Shown: positions 1 through 12,300 of the stretch, piece by piece
How positions within the stretch are numbered: the first letter of the stretch is position 1
Layout of the letters: each line of letters begins with the position of its first letter
Assembly: GCA_047495785.1 (NCBI GenBank)
Contig: JBLDXI010000015.1
Location: forward strand, 2,914,001-2,978,000
DNA: 64,000 nt
Reading direction: 5' to 3'
Origin: Lepidodermella squamata
Taxonomy: Eukaryota > Animalia > Gastrotricha
Position numbers and translations under genes: made by a program
Notes under the pieces: generated by a model
Told to the model about the DNA's origin: nothing
The model's input: only the letters and a program-made list of their open reading frames with translations
Database searches by the model: none

Positions 1-849
1 ACCGACAAGTGCAACGACGTGGTCCATGTCATATTTATTGGGGCACCCACCGACACCCCAATCCATAATTCCGGATGTGAACTTTTCCGGACCAGGTGCC
101 TCGCTGCAGTACGGCATAACCAGGCAGCCATAATCATTAATTGCCTGGGTTTACGCAATGCATGTTGGTAATTTTAAAACGACAGCTAAATTATGCTTAC
201 TTTCTTAGTGCATGTAAAGCTTTCAGCGCTGAAGCTCTTGTATCCCCATGAGTTCCACGGCAAGGAATCTCCACGAGCCTTCCGGAATGGGATGCTCTTC
301 GGAACGGCATCGTATCTGCACTGTCCGCGTAAGCTTTCGGTCATGTAGTTGCGTATCGGATAATCGTCATAGGTTGGCGTGCCATTTTTTCTGACCATGA
401 AATCGAAAACGTTCTCAGGAGCTCCCCCGCCACCGCAATATGGCGCATTACAGTCGATCAACGCCTGTGAAAAGAAAAGCTCATGTTTTAGCGTTGATAT
501 AGTTCCAGAGAATGCAAACCTGTTCAGAGATTTTCGGAGCTGGCTTGCCACCCCAGGCCTTTGACCATGCGCAACGAGCCGCAGCAACAGCCGACCAATA
601 GTAACAGCCCTGACAGTGCTGGCTCTTGACGTCGAACCATTCCGGATGAAGCTTTGAGTAGTCAAGATTGTCAGGGAGCCCTGTCGTATCACACGTTTCA
701 TCTGCTTGCCTTCCGGCTCCGCGCTGATACTCCAGCAAGTCGGCGCTGCATATCGCTGTTATATAATGGAGCCAAAATTTGGTCAAATTAGAGGAACTTT
801 GAATGATTAACTAACCAGCTAGAGCCGCCAAAGCTACAAGTGTCTTCAT
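1..849 (-). CDS. Papain-like (C1A) cysteine protease, copy A; multi-exon, continues beyond the left window edge
   Basis: ATG at 849 gives signal peptide MKTLVALAALAAICSA across a phase-1 intron (815-756). Then [25 protein letters not shown] (Gln and catalytic Cys region), ISEQ|ALIDC and YP motifs. MDHVVALVG with the catalytic His lies at the window edge. Confidence 0.9.
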
Positions 850-968
850 AATTCCCAATTATTGTCGAAAGAGAAAAGCGGAAATAATGAAATTTTGAAA
901 GATCTTCACGCATTATATCGGACTAAAATGCCCTCATGGATGACGTCATTCCGATGAGGGCGGAAAAC

Positions 969-983
969 ATGTAGATTCAGGCG
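969..983. promoter_or_regulatory. Conserved upstream motif ATGTAGATTCAGG(C/T)G of the protease units
   Basis: The same motif occurs at 969, 12954, 17097, 21323 and 27042. Four of these lie about 100-120 bp upstream of a protease ATG. Confidence 0.55.
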
Positions 984-1699
984 TACCGTCACCCACGTTC
1001 CAATCATCATCCATATAACTTATATTCGGAAAAGATGGTTAGCACTTGAAAAAACACCTGCCAACAATATGCTTTCGCATGGCATTTCATTGTTATAACA
1101 GTTGACTTTTGTTTTTTACTCGGTTTCTTACCAGCGCTTCTGTTATGCGTCTTAAGTTCAGTCCCTTTACTGAAAGCACCGAATAACTAATGGTGGGTGC
1201 GAAATATCTGATGTCCCAGTCGCATCCAGCTTCCGAACGATCGTAAGATGAAGTGCTGAGTCCGAATCACAATGATTATGTCTGAAGCTGCCAGTTTTTT
1301 GTTTGATTCGTTGATTCTGTTACTGCTTTTTACATGCTTTTTTACACAGCAGGCCTAATCAACACTGGCTAGTTTTACCGTAGCAGCATAATTTGCATAA
1401 TTTGAGCGTGTAATTTTCATTTACACGCTCAAACAATGTTTGCAAGAAAACTAGCTAAAATGTATGCAAATCATCAAGAAAATTGCATAATTTATGCAAA
1501 TTAATAAGATAATTTGTTTAATTTATGCAAATTAGGAGAAAAATGACATAAACGGGCAGAATACTTTTACATTTTCGACCGCACTAATTTCATTTTTTCC
1601 CTTTCCGCGTGAACCTAGCAATTTATGATTTCATGTGATCAGATTCTATCCATTTTGAAGAAGCGCAAGCAAAAATTCGGAAGATGCCGTTACGGCTGG

Positions 1700-1991
1700 C
1701 ACCTCCGCTGCAGCCACAGCGCCAAATGTTTGCATGTTTGTCAAACAAAATCGCCACCCCGAGTGATTTTGTTTGAAGTCATTTTCAACAAACTTCACAA
1801 ACATTTTCTTTCAAACACGACTATTTAGACGGACAAACATGTTTGAAAGCCTTGTTGGTCTTAACAATGTTTGAATAAAAAGTTGGAACGTGTAAATGCA
1901 ATGTTTGATCAAACAGTGTTTGAAGCCGTTGTTTGACAAACAATGTTTGAAGTCGATGTTTGGCAAACTTGTTTGCCCGTTTATCCGAGCC
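1700..1991. repeat. Degenerate short-unit repeat (CAAACA/TGTTTG), probable MITE remnant
   Basis: Many direct and inverted CAAACA(T)/TGTTTG units, ending GTTTGCCCGTTTATCCGAGCC followed by TAA. Confidence 0.4.
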
Positions 1992-2032
1992 TTAAAACTA
2001 AAGATCAAATAGAAATCAATATATAAATATAG

Positions 2033-2161
2033 TTAGTTAGATTTTGTACAATTTCCAAGAACGTTTTTCCGGTTAGCGATACTATTATTGCACATAACAT
2101 TCAAGCTAGGGTTAAGAGCCTGTATGTAAAATTTTTCAGTACGTAAAAGTCGGTTAGGTTT
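2033..2161 (-). mobile_element. 3' end of the Penelope-like GIY-YIG ORF, separated from 8328-8764 by the Gypsy insertion
   Basis: Joining across the GGTTT TSD gives ILHFCHKP-NRLLRTEKFYIQALNPSLN...stop at 2033. This matches the E-x-x-YI...P-x-LN tail of Penelope endonucleases. Confidence 0.8.
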
Positions 2162-2395
2162 TGTTGTGGAGTGCAATGTCGTCAACTAGGTCATTTAGAC
2201 AACCACGTGGTCGCTACTCGCACTCACCACGTGGCAGCAGTAGCCATCGTCATCGTCGTCGTCAGTTCATGATTTTATTTCTGTCGATATTATTTGTTGT
2301 GAATTGATGATTTTAAGCAATTAATGTGTACTGATAGGGGATCTTTATTACGAATAAAATTTCGGGTTGAAAACCGACTGTCTTTGAATACAACA
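2162..2395 (+). repeat. 5' LTR (234 bp)
   Basis: TG...CA ends. Nearly identical to 7309-7446 plus 8233-8327; only two differences were seen. Confidence 0.95.
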
Positions 2396-2421
2396 AATTG
2401 GCGACGCAGAAAAACCACTAA

Positions 2422-5400
2422 ATGGCTGATCCAGCATCAACAGCGGCGACACCGGCTATCACCGCAGGCGAACCTACATTGGCTCAATTACTGCAACAAC
2501 TAGTCCCGTTAAGTGTCTCGAGTCAAACGGCGCTCAAGGAACACAGCGAAGCAATTCAAAAACTAATTGCCGACAATGAATCAAAGGCGACTCGTGAGTT
2601 CCCAGGTTTCAACCCACAGGCCGAACTGTGGGAAGACTACAAAGGACGGTTTGATACATACGCACGTGCCCACGGTAAAACCAACACCAAGGCCGCTTAC
2701 TTCTTGGCTTGTCAAACGGACGTCTTGTACAGAGAGCTACAACTTCACGCCAAACAAGAACATGACAAAGAACTAAACGCCCTCAAATACGAAGAGATCT
2801 GCACGTTCATGGCCACTCAATACGATCCGAAAAGGTTCGTAGTGCGTGAACGTCACAAGTTCTGGAGCAACATGTGTCGAAAGACGAACGAGTCAATCCA
2901 GCAGTTAGTCAGTCGAATCAGAGCCGACGCTGCTACCTGTGATTTTAAATCCATAAAAGATCCCCTCGACGAAGCGTTAAAGTCTCGATTTATCGGCTCA
3001 ATTAAAAACGAAAATGTACTTCGTGCCATCTTCAAAATCAAAGACGACGAACTTACCTTCTCCAAAGCAATCGAGGTGGCTATCGAAACTGAGGAAGCTG
3101 CCAAAGTAGCAAAAGAAACAGTCGCACCACCGCCGCAACCCGTCTATCAAATATCGACAAAACCGAAGAAGTTCGGCAATAATACGAAATTTCAACGAAA
3201 GAATTTTCACAAGTCGAACCAACAGTCGTCGCAGCCACCGACTAACCAGCCCAATCAATTGTCTTGTCAATCTTGTGGCAAGTCGGGTCATCCACGGAAA
3301 AACTGCCACTACCGTGACTACGATTGTAACTCATGTGGCAAGCATGGACATATAGCTGCAGCTTGTCGATCGACCAATTCCGATGCGAAACCAGTTAAAG
3401 TCATAACGCTTCGTCAAAACAAATCGATCGTCCTCAACAAAGTTGCTGAATCAAAAGATGTTGTTTACGAAGATCTTCGAATCGGAGATCAAATATTCAC
3501 CTTTGAGGTTGATTGCGGTTCACCCGTCAATTTCATCTCGGAGGATTATTGGACGATTTTGGGCTCACCGACAATGTCGTCAGCAAACTACAAATTCGAA
3601 AGTGCTTCAAAACATCATTTGAATGTTCTAGGGGTAACTAAATTGGCAGTATTTACGGCATCTATCGGTCCGTGTACTCTGGATTTCTACGTTACGCCCG
3701 TTCCCAAGTTGAACCTGGTTGGTATTGACGGTATGAAACCTCTTCTCATTTCTGTCGATCAGAAACTGGGCATAGTTCCAGTCCCGGTTAATAAGGTCTT
3801 TGAGCACCTCAAACCCGATGTTGAATTACAGGAACAGGTTAGGAAAGTTTGCGATGAATTCCCTGAATTCTTCAGTCCGGAACTGGGTGAATTGAAAAAT
3901 TTTGAACTCGAAGTGAAATTTGTTGACAATTTTACACCTGTGTTTTGTCGTCCAAGACCAGTACCATTGGCTCTGACTGAGGACCTGAATAACGCTTACG
4001 AAGCTGGTATTAAACGCGGTGTCTGGGAAAGAACTTCGTTCAATGAATGTGGCACTCCGGTCGTACCAATCATCAAACCGTTATTACCAGGTCAAACTAC
4101 CCGAAAGCTGCGAGTTTGTGGCGATTATTCAGCGTCATTGAACGATCAAATCGAACCTCACCGTCATCCGTTACCATTACCGGAAGATATTATGCGGAAA
4201 CTTCAAGGTGGTTACATGTACAGTCAAATCGATCTGGCTGATGCGTACAACCAAATCAAACTGGGTCCGATTTCGCAACGACGACTTGCTCTCAGCACAC
4301 ATCAAGGTCCGCTACTTCAGAAACGTTTACCCTTCGGAATCAAGTCAGCTCCCGGGTATTTTCAGCAAATCATGGAAACTATCGTCCGACCTTCCGGGCG
4401 TTGCCTGTTTTCTCGACAATGTGATTGTCACTGGCAAATATGCTGCAGATCATTTGTCGAATTATCGTGGGGCGCTCAAACGTTTTGACGAAGTAGGTCT
4501 CCGTGGCCGCTTGGAAAAATTCGATTTTGCGGTTCCGGTTATGCCCTGCTTAGGACATCTTCTGTCGGCTGAAGGTCTGGGTAAAGGTTTGAAAGTTGAA
4601 GCTGTTTTAAAAATGGCTCCACCTGTTGATGTCCCAACTTTACGTTCTTTTCTGGGTCAAGTTCAGTTTTACGCGAAATTTTTGCCCCCGAACTTATCCA
4701 CTGTGCTAGAACCCTTTTACAAATTGACCAAACAAGGTGAACAATGGCATTGGGGCGATAAGCAGCAAACTGCGTTCGACGAGGTGAAGCGTCTATTAGC
4801 GTCCGACGAGGTTTTGGTTCACTTTGACCCGAAAAAGCCAGTGGGTATAGCAGTCGATGCGTCTCAGGTTGGTATTGGTGCAGTTTTGTTTCACCGATTT
4901 CCGGATGGTTCCGAACGTCCAATTGCGAATGCTTCGAAAACATTGACATCAGCTCAACGCAATTACAGTCAAATCGAAAAGGAAGCTTTGGCAATAATTT
5001 TTGGGTTGAAAAAGTTCCATAATTTTTTATTTGGTCGACATTTTTCAGTGGTCACTGATCATAAACCGCTGTTGTCACTTTTTCATCCGAAGAAAGGCGT
5101 GCCGCAAATGGCTGCAAATCGACTGGCTAGATGGTGTTGGATGCTGCAACAATACGATTACGAAATCGAGTTCCGTCGAACAGAAGATCATGGTAATGCC
5201 GATGCACTCAGTCGCTTGCCAGTCGGTGAAGATCCGAAGTTTGATGGGGAGGAAAGTGGTGAAGATGTTGATATGGTCCTGACAATCAAAACAATTGGCT
5301 ATCAATCTGCTGCTGAGTCAAACTCTGTGATTCAAGAATCTGTTCGCGATACAGTGGTATCAAAAGCAGCGATGTTCATTCGAAATGGGTGGCCAGATAA

Positions 5401-7277
5401 AATCGAAGAACAAGAACTCCGAGACCTCAAAAAACTTTCCTCTTATTTGTCCGTTAACGGTCCGTGTGTATTTTATGGCAACAGGTTGTTGGTTCCTAAA
5501 AAGTTACGCGACGAAGTGCTCAAAGTTATTCATCTGGGTCACTTTGGAATCCAATGCATGAAGCAACTGGCTCGAACGGCTGTCTACTGGCCGGGTATTG
5601 ATGATGTGATAACTAACCTGGCTAAAACTTGCTCCAACTGCAATGAACATCAAAACAATCCGATCAAAGCACCCGTTCACCCTTGGTCAATTCCTGAGAA
5701 GCCCTGGACTCGAGTTCATGTTGATCATGCGATAAATTTTCTGGATTCAAACTGGTTAATTCTGGTTGATTCTACTTCTCGCTACCCTTGCATTCATCCA
5801 ACGAAATCGTTGACGGCTAAAACGACCTTGGAATTGTTAGACCAAGATTTTGCTCATTTCGGTTATCCGCAAGTTCTTGTTTCCGATAATTTTCCAATGT
5901 TTCTTTCTGATGAGTTTCAGCGAGGTTGCCAAGATCGAGGTATAATTCATTTAACCCTTTCATGGCGGAATTATTTATCTGCGGGAGAAAAAATATTTGA
6001 CGGCTGTTATAGGGGTTTTAGAGGGCCCTGATCACGATTTTGAAACCCGTTTATCTCTATCTATCACCGTTAATGCTGTACAAAAACTGGCCGAAATCGT
6101 CCTATCCGCCCAGCTGATTTCAGCAGATTTTTCGAACTAATTTCTGTGTCAGGTGCCTCCAGCTTTGGAATTTTAGATTATAAATTACTCCCATGAATGT
6201 CCCCAAGATTCTCCCGCACTTAAATTGCCGAAAACATTCAGAGTAAAAAAGTTTCAGAGGCTCAGCATTCAGATCTGAATTCAGCTTTTCCAGTTTTTGC
6301 TCGCGACAGTTTTTGCAGCACAAAAACCACGCACTCCGCCTGTATAAGTCCTGGCGGATAGGACGATTTCGGCCGGTTTGATTAAATCTCAATAGCGTCG
6401 TCATTTTTAATTTCCAACTCGAAAAAATTTACACAGAGGTCAATGAGACTATGGCGGACCCGGTGGTATTTTTTGTTGGATCAAAAAATGATCAGAAACC
6501 TATGAGATTTCAAGTTGAAAAAAATCGAAATTTCAATCTCAGGTTGACTATTTTCAAATTGCTTGTATGTCCTGACCATGCAAGATAACGGCGCCCTGGT
6601 CTCAAAACCTGGTAGCCAACATCGAAAAGCAATATTCCTGAAAAGGGCGATCAAAAATTCATCGAATTCAATTTTCTGTGAATTTTCAAAGTCGAAATTC
6701 CGAAATCGTCCTTCCCGCCGTGAAAGGGTTAACCGGTGCACCTTACAAACCTGAAACCAATGGCTTGGCGGAGCGTTTTGTGGAAACCTTCAAAGCTTCC
6801 ATGAAAAAGTCTAATCTGTCGAAAACTGCTGCGCTAAACGAATTTCTGATGATTTACCGACGTACCCCGTTGGCTAATGGTTATTCACCTAGTGAATTGC
6901 TGAACGGTCGTCAAATTCGCGCTAAGATCGACACTCTGGTTTTGAATCCGATTCTAAGCGATCAAAAGCGACAAACTGCTCGAACGGAAACTGACGTTAT
7001 TGCGACCAAGTTTTCGGTTGGTGACGAAGTCTACGCTCGTGTTCTGGGTGGTCGTTTATCTAATAGCGATCCCAAATGGGCAGCGGCGATTGTTGAACGC
7101 GTATGTGGTCCACGTCGTTATGAAGTTCGAGTTATTGCAAATGGACTAATCTGGAAACGTCATGTTGATCAGTTATGTCCTAGGAGTGGCGATATTTCTG
7201 AACCTCCTGTGCCGACTGTACCTGAGATGTCAACTGGCTTACGAAGAAGCCCGCGCTTACGTGTGGATGGAAATTGA
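2422..7277 (+). pseudogene. Gypsy gag-pol polyprotein, disrupted
   Basis: Two CCHC knuckles (CQSCGKSGHPRKNC, CNSCGKHGHIAAAC), protease FEVDCGS, RT LPFGIKSAP, RNase H DAS...TDHKPL and integrase HHCC. Lesions: frameshift near 4384, RT motif FLDN instead of YxDD, and an insertion at 5955-6728 in the integrase core. Confidence 0.93.
5955..6728. mobile_element. piggyBac-like non-autonomous element inside the Gypsy integrase
   Basis: TTAA duplicated at 5951-5954 and 6729-6732. TIRs CCCTTTCATGGCGG / CCGCCGTGAAAGGG. Removing it restores IHLTGAPYKPETNGLAERFV. Confidence 0.93.
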
Positions 7278-7308
7278 GTGTCTCGTCTTTTCAAGACTGG
7301 TGGGGAGG

Positions 7309-8327
7309 TGTTGTGGAGTGCAATGTCGTCAACTAGGTCATTTAGACAACCACGTGGTCGCTACTCGCACTCACCACGTGGCAGCAGTAGCCATCGTCAT
7401 CGTCGTCGTCATTTCATGATTTTATTTCTGTCGATATTATTTGTTGCATAGATAAATAAAAAAGATAGATCTGACACGCTAGTACATTTATGTGTGCCGA
7501 GATGACTCATCAAGAGTTTTTGCTTTTTGGTCGCGTGACCTGATAATCACTTGTCGACATCACTATAAAAAATACGGCATAATCAACGCAAGTGACAAGT
7601 GATTTTGGGTGGCTACTTCACCTCAATTTATCTCAAAACACACCCCCTTCGATTTTTTGAACCAATTTTATTTTGAAGTATCAAACTCGAACCATATCTA
7701 CATTTTTTCCGAATTTGCGGCCGGCCTTCCGTCATTTTTCTAGAATTTTTCAAACCTTCCACATTTCAGCAATCAATTTAATGGCGCTGTGCTGATTGCT
7801 AGTTTTTTTGGTGGCGTGAATCATAATTATTGCAGATGACGCCGTGATTCATCAGGCGATTTTTTTGCACAAAGCTAGTAAAAGCAATAATAATCACTGC
7901 GCGGAAACGTGCGTCTTTCAGAATTTTTCTACCAACAACCATTCCCTGGCCGGAAATTCCGATTTGACAAGCGTTGAGTTGAAGGTGAGATCTACATGCC
8001 CTATTTTTTTCGAGAAAATCGAAGGGGGTGTGTTTTGAGATAAATTGAGGTGAAGTAGCCACCCAAAATCACTTGTCACTTGCGTTGATTATGCCGTATT
8101 TTTTATAGTGATGTCGACAAGTGATTATCAGGTCACGCGACCAAAAAGCAAAAACTCTTGATGAGTCATCTCGGCACACATAAATGTACTAGCGTGTCAG
8201 ATCTATCTTTTTTATTTATCTATGATTTGTTGTGAATTGATGATTTTAAGCAATTAATGTGTACTGATAGGGGATCTTTATTACGAATAAAATTCGGGTT
8301 GAAAACCGACTGTCTTTGAATACAACA
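7309..8327 (+). repeat. 3' LTR, interrupted by a MITE
   Basis: 7309-7446 and 8233-8327 together reconstitute the 5' LTR. Confidence 0.93.
7447..8224. mobile_element. Non-autonomous DNA transposon with about 210-bp TIRs and an 8-bp TSD (P- or hAT-like)
   Basis: CATAGATAAATAAAAAAG... is inverted at both ends (about 7447-7656 and 8015-8224). ATTTGTTG is duplicated at 7439-7446 and 8225-8232. Confidence 0.93.
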
Positions 8328-8764
8328 GGTTTATGGCAAAAATGTAGGATAGTAGAAGAGAAAGGTGGTTGTGATTTGTTACAATTTTGATGAAGGTAGT
8401 GTTCACCGATGGTACCAAGTTTTTCTTGGTTGGTCGCGTAATAGTTGATGTATTGTTGTTCACATTCTCTACAAGTGACTGAGTAAATAACATTTTGTAA
8501 CGTGCATTTAGGTGTGCCATTAGTCTTCGATAGTCCAGTGTTGCAGCCCCAACAAGTATATTTAGTGTGAATGTGGTTTCCAAATCGAGTAGGCATGATT
8601 TGTTTCAGAGTATTTGATTTCCAGGTGATCTGGATATTTTCTCCAAAGAATAGTGTAAGTGGTTTGATTGCTTCCTCGGCTTTTTCTGCTATTCTGTCAC
8701 CAAGGAATGGTAACGATAACCTGAAGACGTCGCTTTTAGGCTTAGGATTATTAGGTTTTAGCAC
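8328..8764 (-). mobile_element. Penelope-like element fragment (linker and GIY-YIG endonuclease)
   Basis: LSLPFLG, CWGC, CTLQNVIYSVTCRECEQQYI and IGEHY motifs. The ORF continues at 2161. Confidence 0.8.
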
Positions 8765-9309
8765 CCTAGTTATAGCGTTTTAAATAAAACCGGTCGCAGA
8801 TTGTTACCGCTGTTTACGCGCCGGTTGAGAGATTTGGCGTCGATTTTGAAAACAAGACAAATAAATTACGATTTTTTACAGTGATAATATCACTTTATGC
8901 ATGTTTTATTACTTTTAGAACCTCTAGAATTTTACGACCTCTAGTCACTCTGCTGATTTTACTTGCCAGTTTTAACCTGTTGAACCTGTTGAATTTCACG
9001 ATCATAGTGGTTATTATTCATTCGATTTTCGAATAAAAGTGTTTGCATCTTGCATTTTTCATCTCCCGTGTTTTGATTAATAAGCTGGATCGAAGGCAGG
9101 TCAAGCCTCTGACAGCCGAAACTGCCCAGCACGTCCAACCGTGATTTTAAAGTTTATGGAGGAAGAAGGAAAAATATCATTCCACGCTTTATTCTGTGTT
9201 CTCTATTTGCCACTTGAATTTCTCAATTTTCCATCACCATCAGATGCCTCATTACACTTGAACTCAGGCTCAACTCATCTTCATGAATTCTCTGAATTTC
9301 AACTAACGA

Positions 9310-12300
9310 TCAACTGCAGACGGAGCCGAGAGTGTCCAGAAACCATTGATGGCTGATCCACAAAATCGGTTTGGAACTCATGCAAGTCGCAGGTCCGGTC
9401 ATGCTCTTGTATACCGGAATTGCGCACTTCAAATGAGCGCAGATTTTCAGAATTTGCTTCTCATTATCGGCGATATTCTGCTGCAATTTGCTAACATCAA
9501 ATGAGGAAGCTTGTTTAGGCAGGGCTGGACATTGAGCGATGCCACCAATGAATCCCTGATAGCAAGTTTCTGCAACCTTGGGGTTTAACCGTGCAGCTCG
9601 GAAATTGCTGTCTGCCCTGATCAGATATTCGTAAGTTATGCCGTTCTTAGTAGCTATGGCTGAAGCCTGTGCAGCTCGAGTTGGATTACACTGGTTCCCG
9701 CACAGCGTGTAGGCGTACTCGTCTCTGAAATGAGAGATAAAAATTAGTTAGATGCTAGCGAATGTTGCGAGCGCTGACACAAACCTTATCTTTTCGTATT
9801 CGCTCAAACATTTCTTAGCGCATTTATTGAAGTCTGCTGGATCTACGATGGCAGTGAAGAACTGAATGTACACCCGGTAATAATTATCAGTATCCCACTC
9901 GGGAATTGGAGCAGGAGTAGGAGCTGGCGCAGTATAGGTTGTAGTAGTAGTAGTAGTAGTAGTAGGTTGTGTTGTAGAAGGCGCCGGTTTAGGTGGGACA
10001 CCGCCTGGACAGAGGTTGCTGATTTGGTACTCGGAAGCGATTTCGAAGTACAGCTGTAATCGCGCGCAGCTGTCGTTGGCTGCTATCTTTCCATACTCAA
10101 CAACAGCGCAAGATGCATACCGACAAGCTTCAAACTTGTCGATTTCGGTATAATTACTGAGAAATTCATAGGCGATTGGCACTGGTGAACAGGCAGATAC
10201 TTTATCGATTGGGCGGCAGCTATCATTTAGTGGATTCATGTTATTAAATTGCCAGACTGCCTCTCTACCATCACTTGCCGTTTTACCTCTCTTGACAGCC
10301 ACTTTAACAGCTTGCTCAATCACGAAGTAATTTCTCTCGCGGCATATGATATCTACGGTTCCTTGGGAACTAAAGAAATGTTCGGGGAAAATGTTGGAAA
10401 GCCACTATAGTGAAAATCTGGACTGCAGAATAGCACAAAATTCAGTTTTTAAGGCCATTTTCGTGTTGTCAGATTAGGGCCTGAAAAAAGTGCTCTATTA
10501 TGCGCTAATACGAGAACCCGAAAATGGCCTTAAAATACTGAATTTTGTGTTATTCTGCACTCGAAATATTCAATAAGGGGCTGTATTAGTCTCTTATATT
10601 GGATGAATGATGCCATTTTTACTTGGTGCACGTTTTACTTCCTTCGCTAGGGAGAAGTTTGGCGTTATGCAAGGCGAGGTCGTTGAGCACGTGGTAAGGG
10701 GCCACCTTGCCGTCAGGGGTCTCTACCAGTGGAGCGACGATATTACCGCCCACCAATTCATCGTATATTTTGAAGAAGCCACCATCTCCCCAATCAGCTC
10801 CAAGACTATTCAAGGCTACGTAATACGGTTTGCCGCTTGCTCGTTCGACGCCATACCCTACAAGTGTGACGTATTGTTCCGTCGGGGCTTCGACCGGACA
10901 GGCAAAGAAAGTCTGATTCTGATTCATGATTCCAGCGGATTTGTATTTAGGATATTGAGACGACATGAGATACGTGCCTTCGCAGTCGACAGATGCCGTC
11001 ACACAGCCATAATCGTATATTGCCTTGATGTAATAATCAACAATATTAATAAACAATAATAAATAATAAATAATAAAATAAAATAATAAACAAATTGAAT
11101 AATAAATTCAGAGGGAACTTCAAGACGATTTGAACCGTCTGAGCGATTGGCTTGCTTCAAATAGCCTTATGGTCAATGGTAAAAAATCCCAGTTGATCGT
11201 GCTACCAACTGACTATAACACCAAAATTCCCCACCAAAATTCGATATCAAAATTGAAAATTGTCCGATTGAAACGACATCGTCGTTCAAAATCTTAGGTT
11301 TCACTCTTGATAACAAGATGTGCTTCAAGGATCATTTGAAAGTGATTAGGAACAAAACTCGTAGTGGTCTATTTGCGTTGAGAATCACTGCCAAATATCT
11401 CGACCGAAAAACGCTAAAACTGATGGCAAACGGTCTGCCACCTGACGTATTGCGACACAACTCTATCGCAATTGGCACCTACGAAATTAAAGAAACTGCA
11501 AAGGCGCCAGGACCAGGCTGTCCGAATAATTTGCCGCGCTCCAGCGAACGCCGACCCGGTACCGCTGCGACAAAGTCTGCGTTGGCTAGATTTGGATGGG
11601 AAGCGTAAAGTCCATCTGGCTACCTTGATCTGGCGGTGCTTAAATGACGAAGCACCGGTTGCAATCGCTGCTTTTTTTACCAAGCAAACCGCGTCGGGCT
11701 CCACTCGAAGCCAAACAGCCAAGAAAACTATGAGCTGTCTCCTTAAAATGCCAAAGACAAAGTCCAAGACCATGGACCGTTGTCTTGAACACCACGGGGC
11801 AGTTTTTTGGAACAGTTTGCCCGACGCAGTGCGCTCTGCAACAAGCGCAGATCAGTGCAGGAACTTGGTCTACAACTACCTATTAAGTCTGGCTCCCAAC
11901 AACAATCTCAACAAAAAGCCAGCATCCTGAAATGAAACCTATACTCCCATATTTTTCTACCATTATTGTTGCTCAATTTTATACTGATTTTTGTCAACTT
12001 ATCTAACATGATGTTTTATAACTACATAATCTTGTGTACAGTTTGATCAAACCCTAACTAATCCATTGTCTTTTTTTACAGCTGAGCTTTCCAACTTTTT
12101 CTAAAAACGGATGAATGGCTCTTAAATAAATAAATAAATGAATAGGAAATAAAAAAGCACGACTATTGTGTACCTTTTTAATACATGAAAAACTCCAAGA
12201 CCTCTTAACCCAATTAGTACCCCAAACGTCCTGCATAATGTTACGCTCTTTCCGGAGAGGAATGCTCTTCGAAAATTCATCATATTTGCACTGGCCATTG

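Larger units (their letters stand above)
2162..8327 (+). mobile_element. Full-length Ty3/Gypsy LTR retrotransposon (Mag-like), inactivated
   Basis: LTRs TGTTG...CAACA at 2162-2395 and 7309-8327 (the latter interrupted). 5-bp TSD GGTTT at 2157-2161 and 8328-8332. PBS TGGCGACG at 2399 and PPT GGTGGGGAGG at 7299-7308. Domain order is gag-PR-RT-RH-IN. Confidence 0.97.

Noticed and set aside
1380-1990. CRISPR-like array suggested by short recurrent motifs
   Set aside because: Eukaryotic context, irregular spacing, both orientations and no cas genes.
4370-4400. Programmed ribosomal frameshift between the two Gypsy ORFs
   Set aside because: The shift lies in the middle of RT with no slippery heptamer, so it is a mutational lesion.
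9222-9312. SECIS element or Sec readthrough after the TGA of copy B (ATGAA-GATG...CATC-TGAT, open frame beyond the stop)
   Set aside because: No apical AA at the expected spacing. Copy C ends in TAA, and the downstream frame is not preserved between copies.
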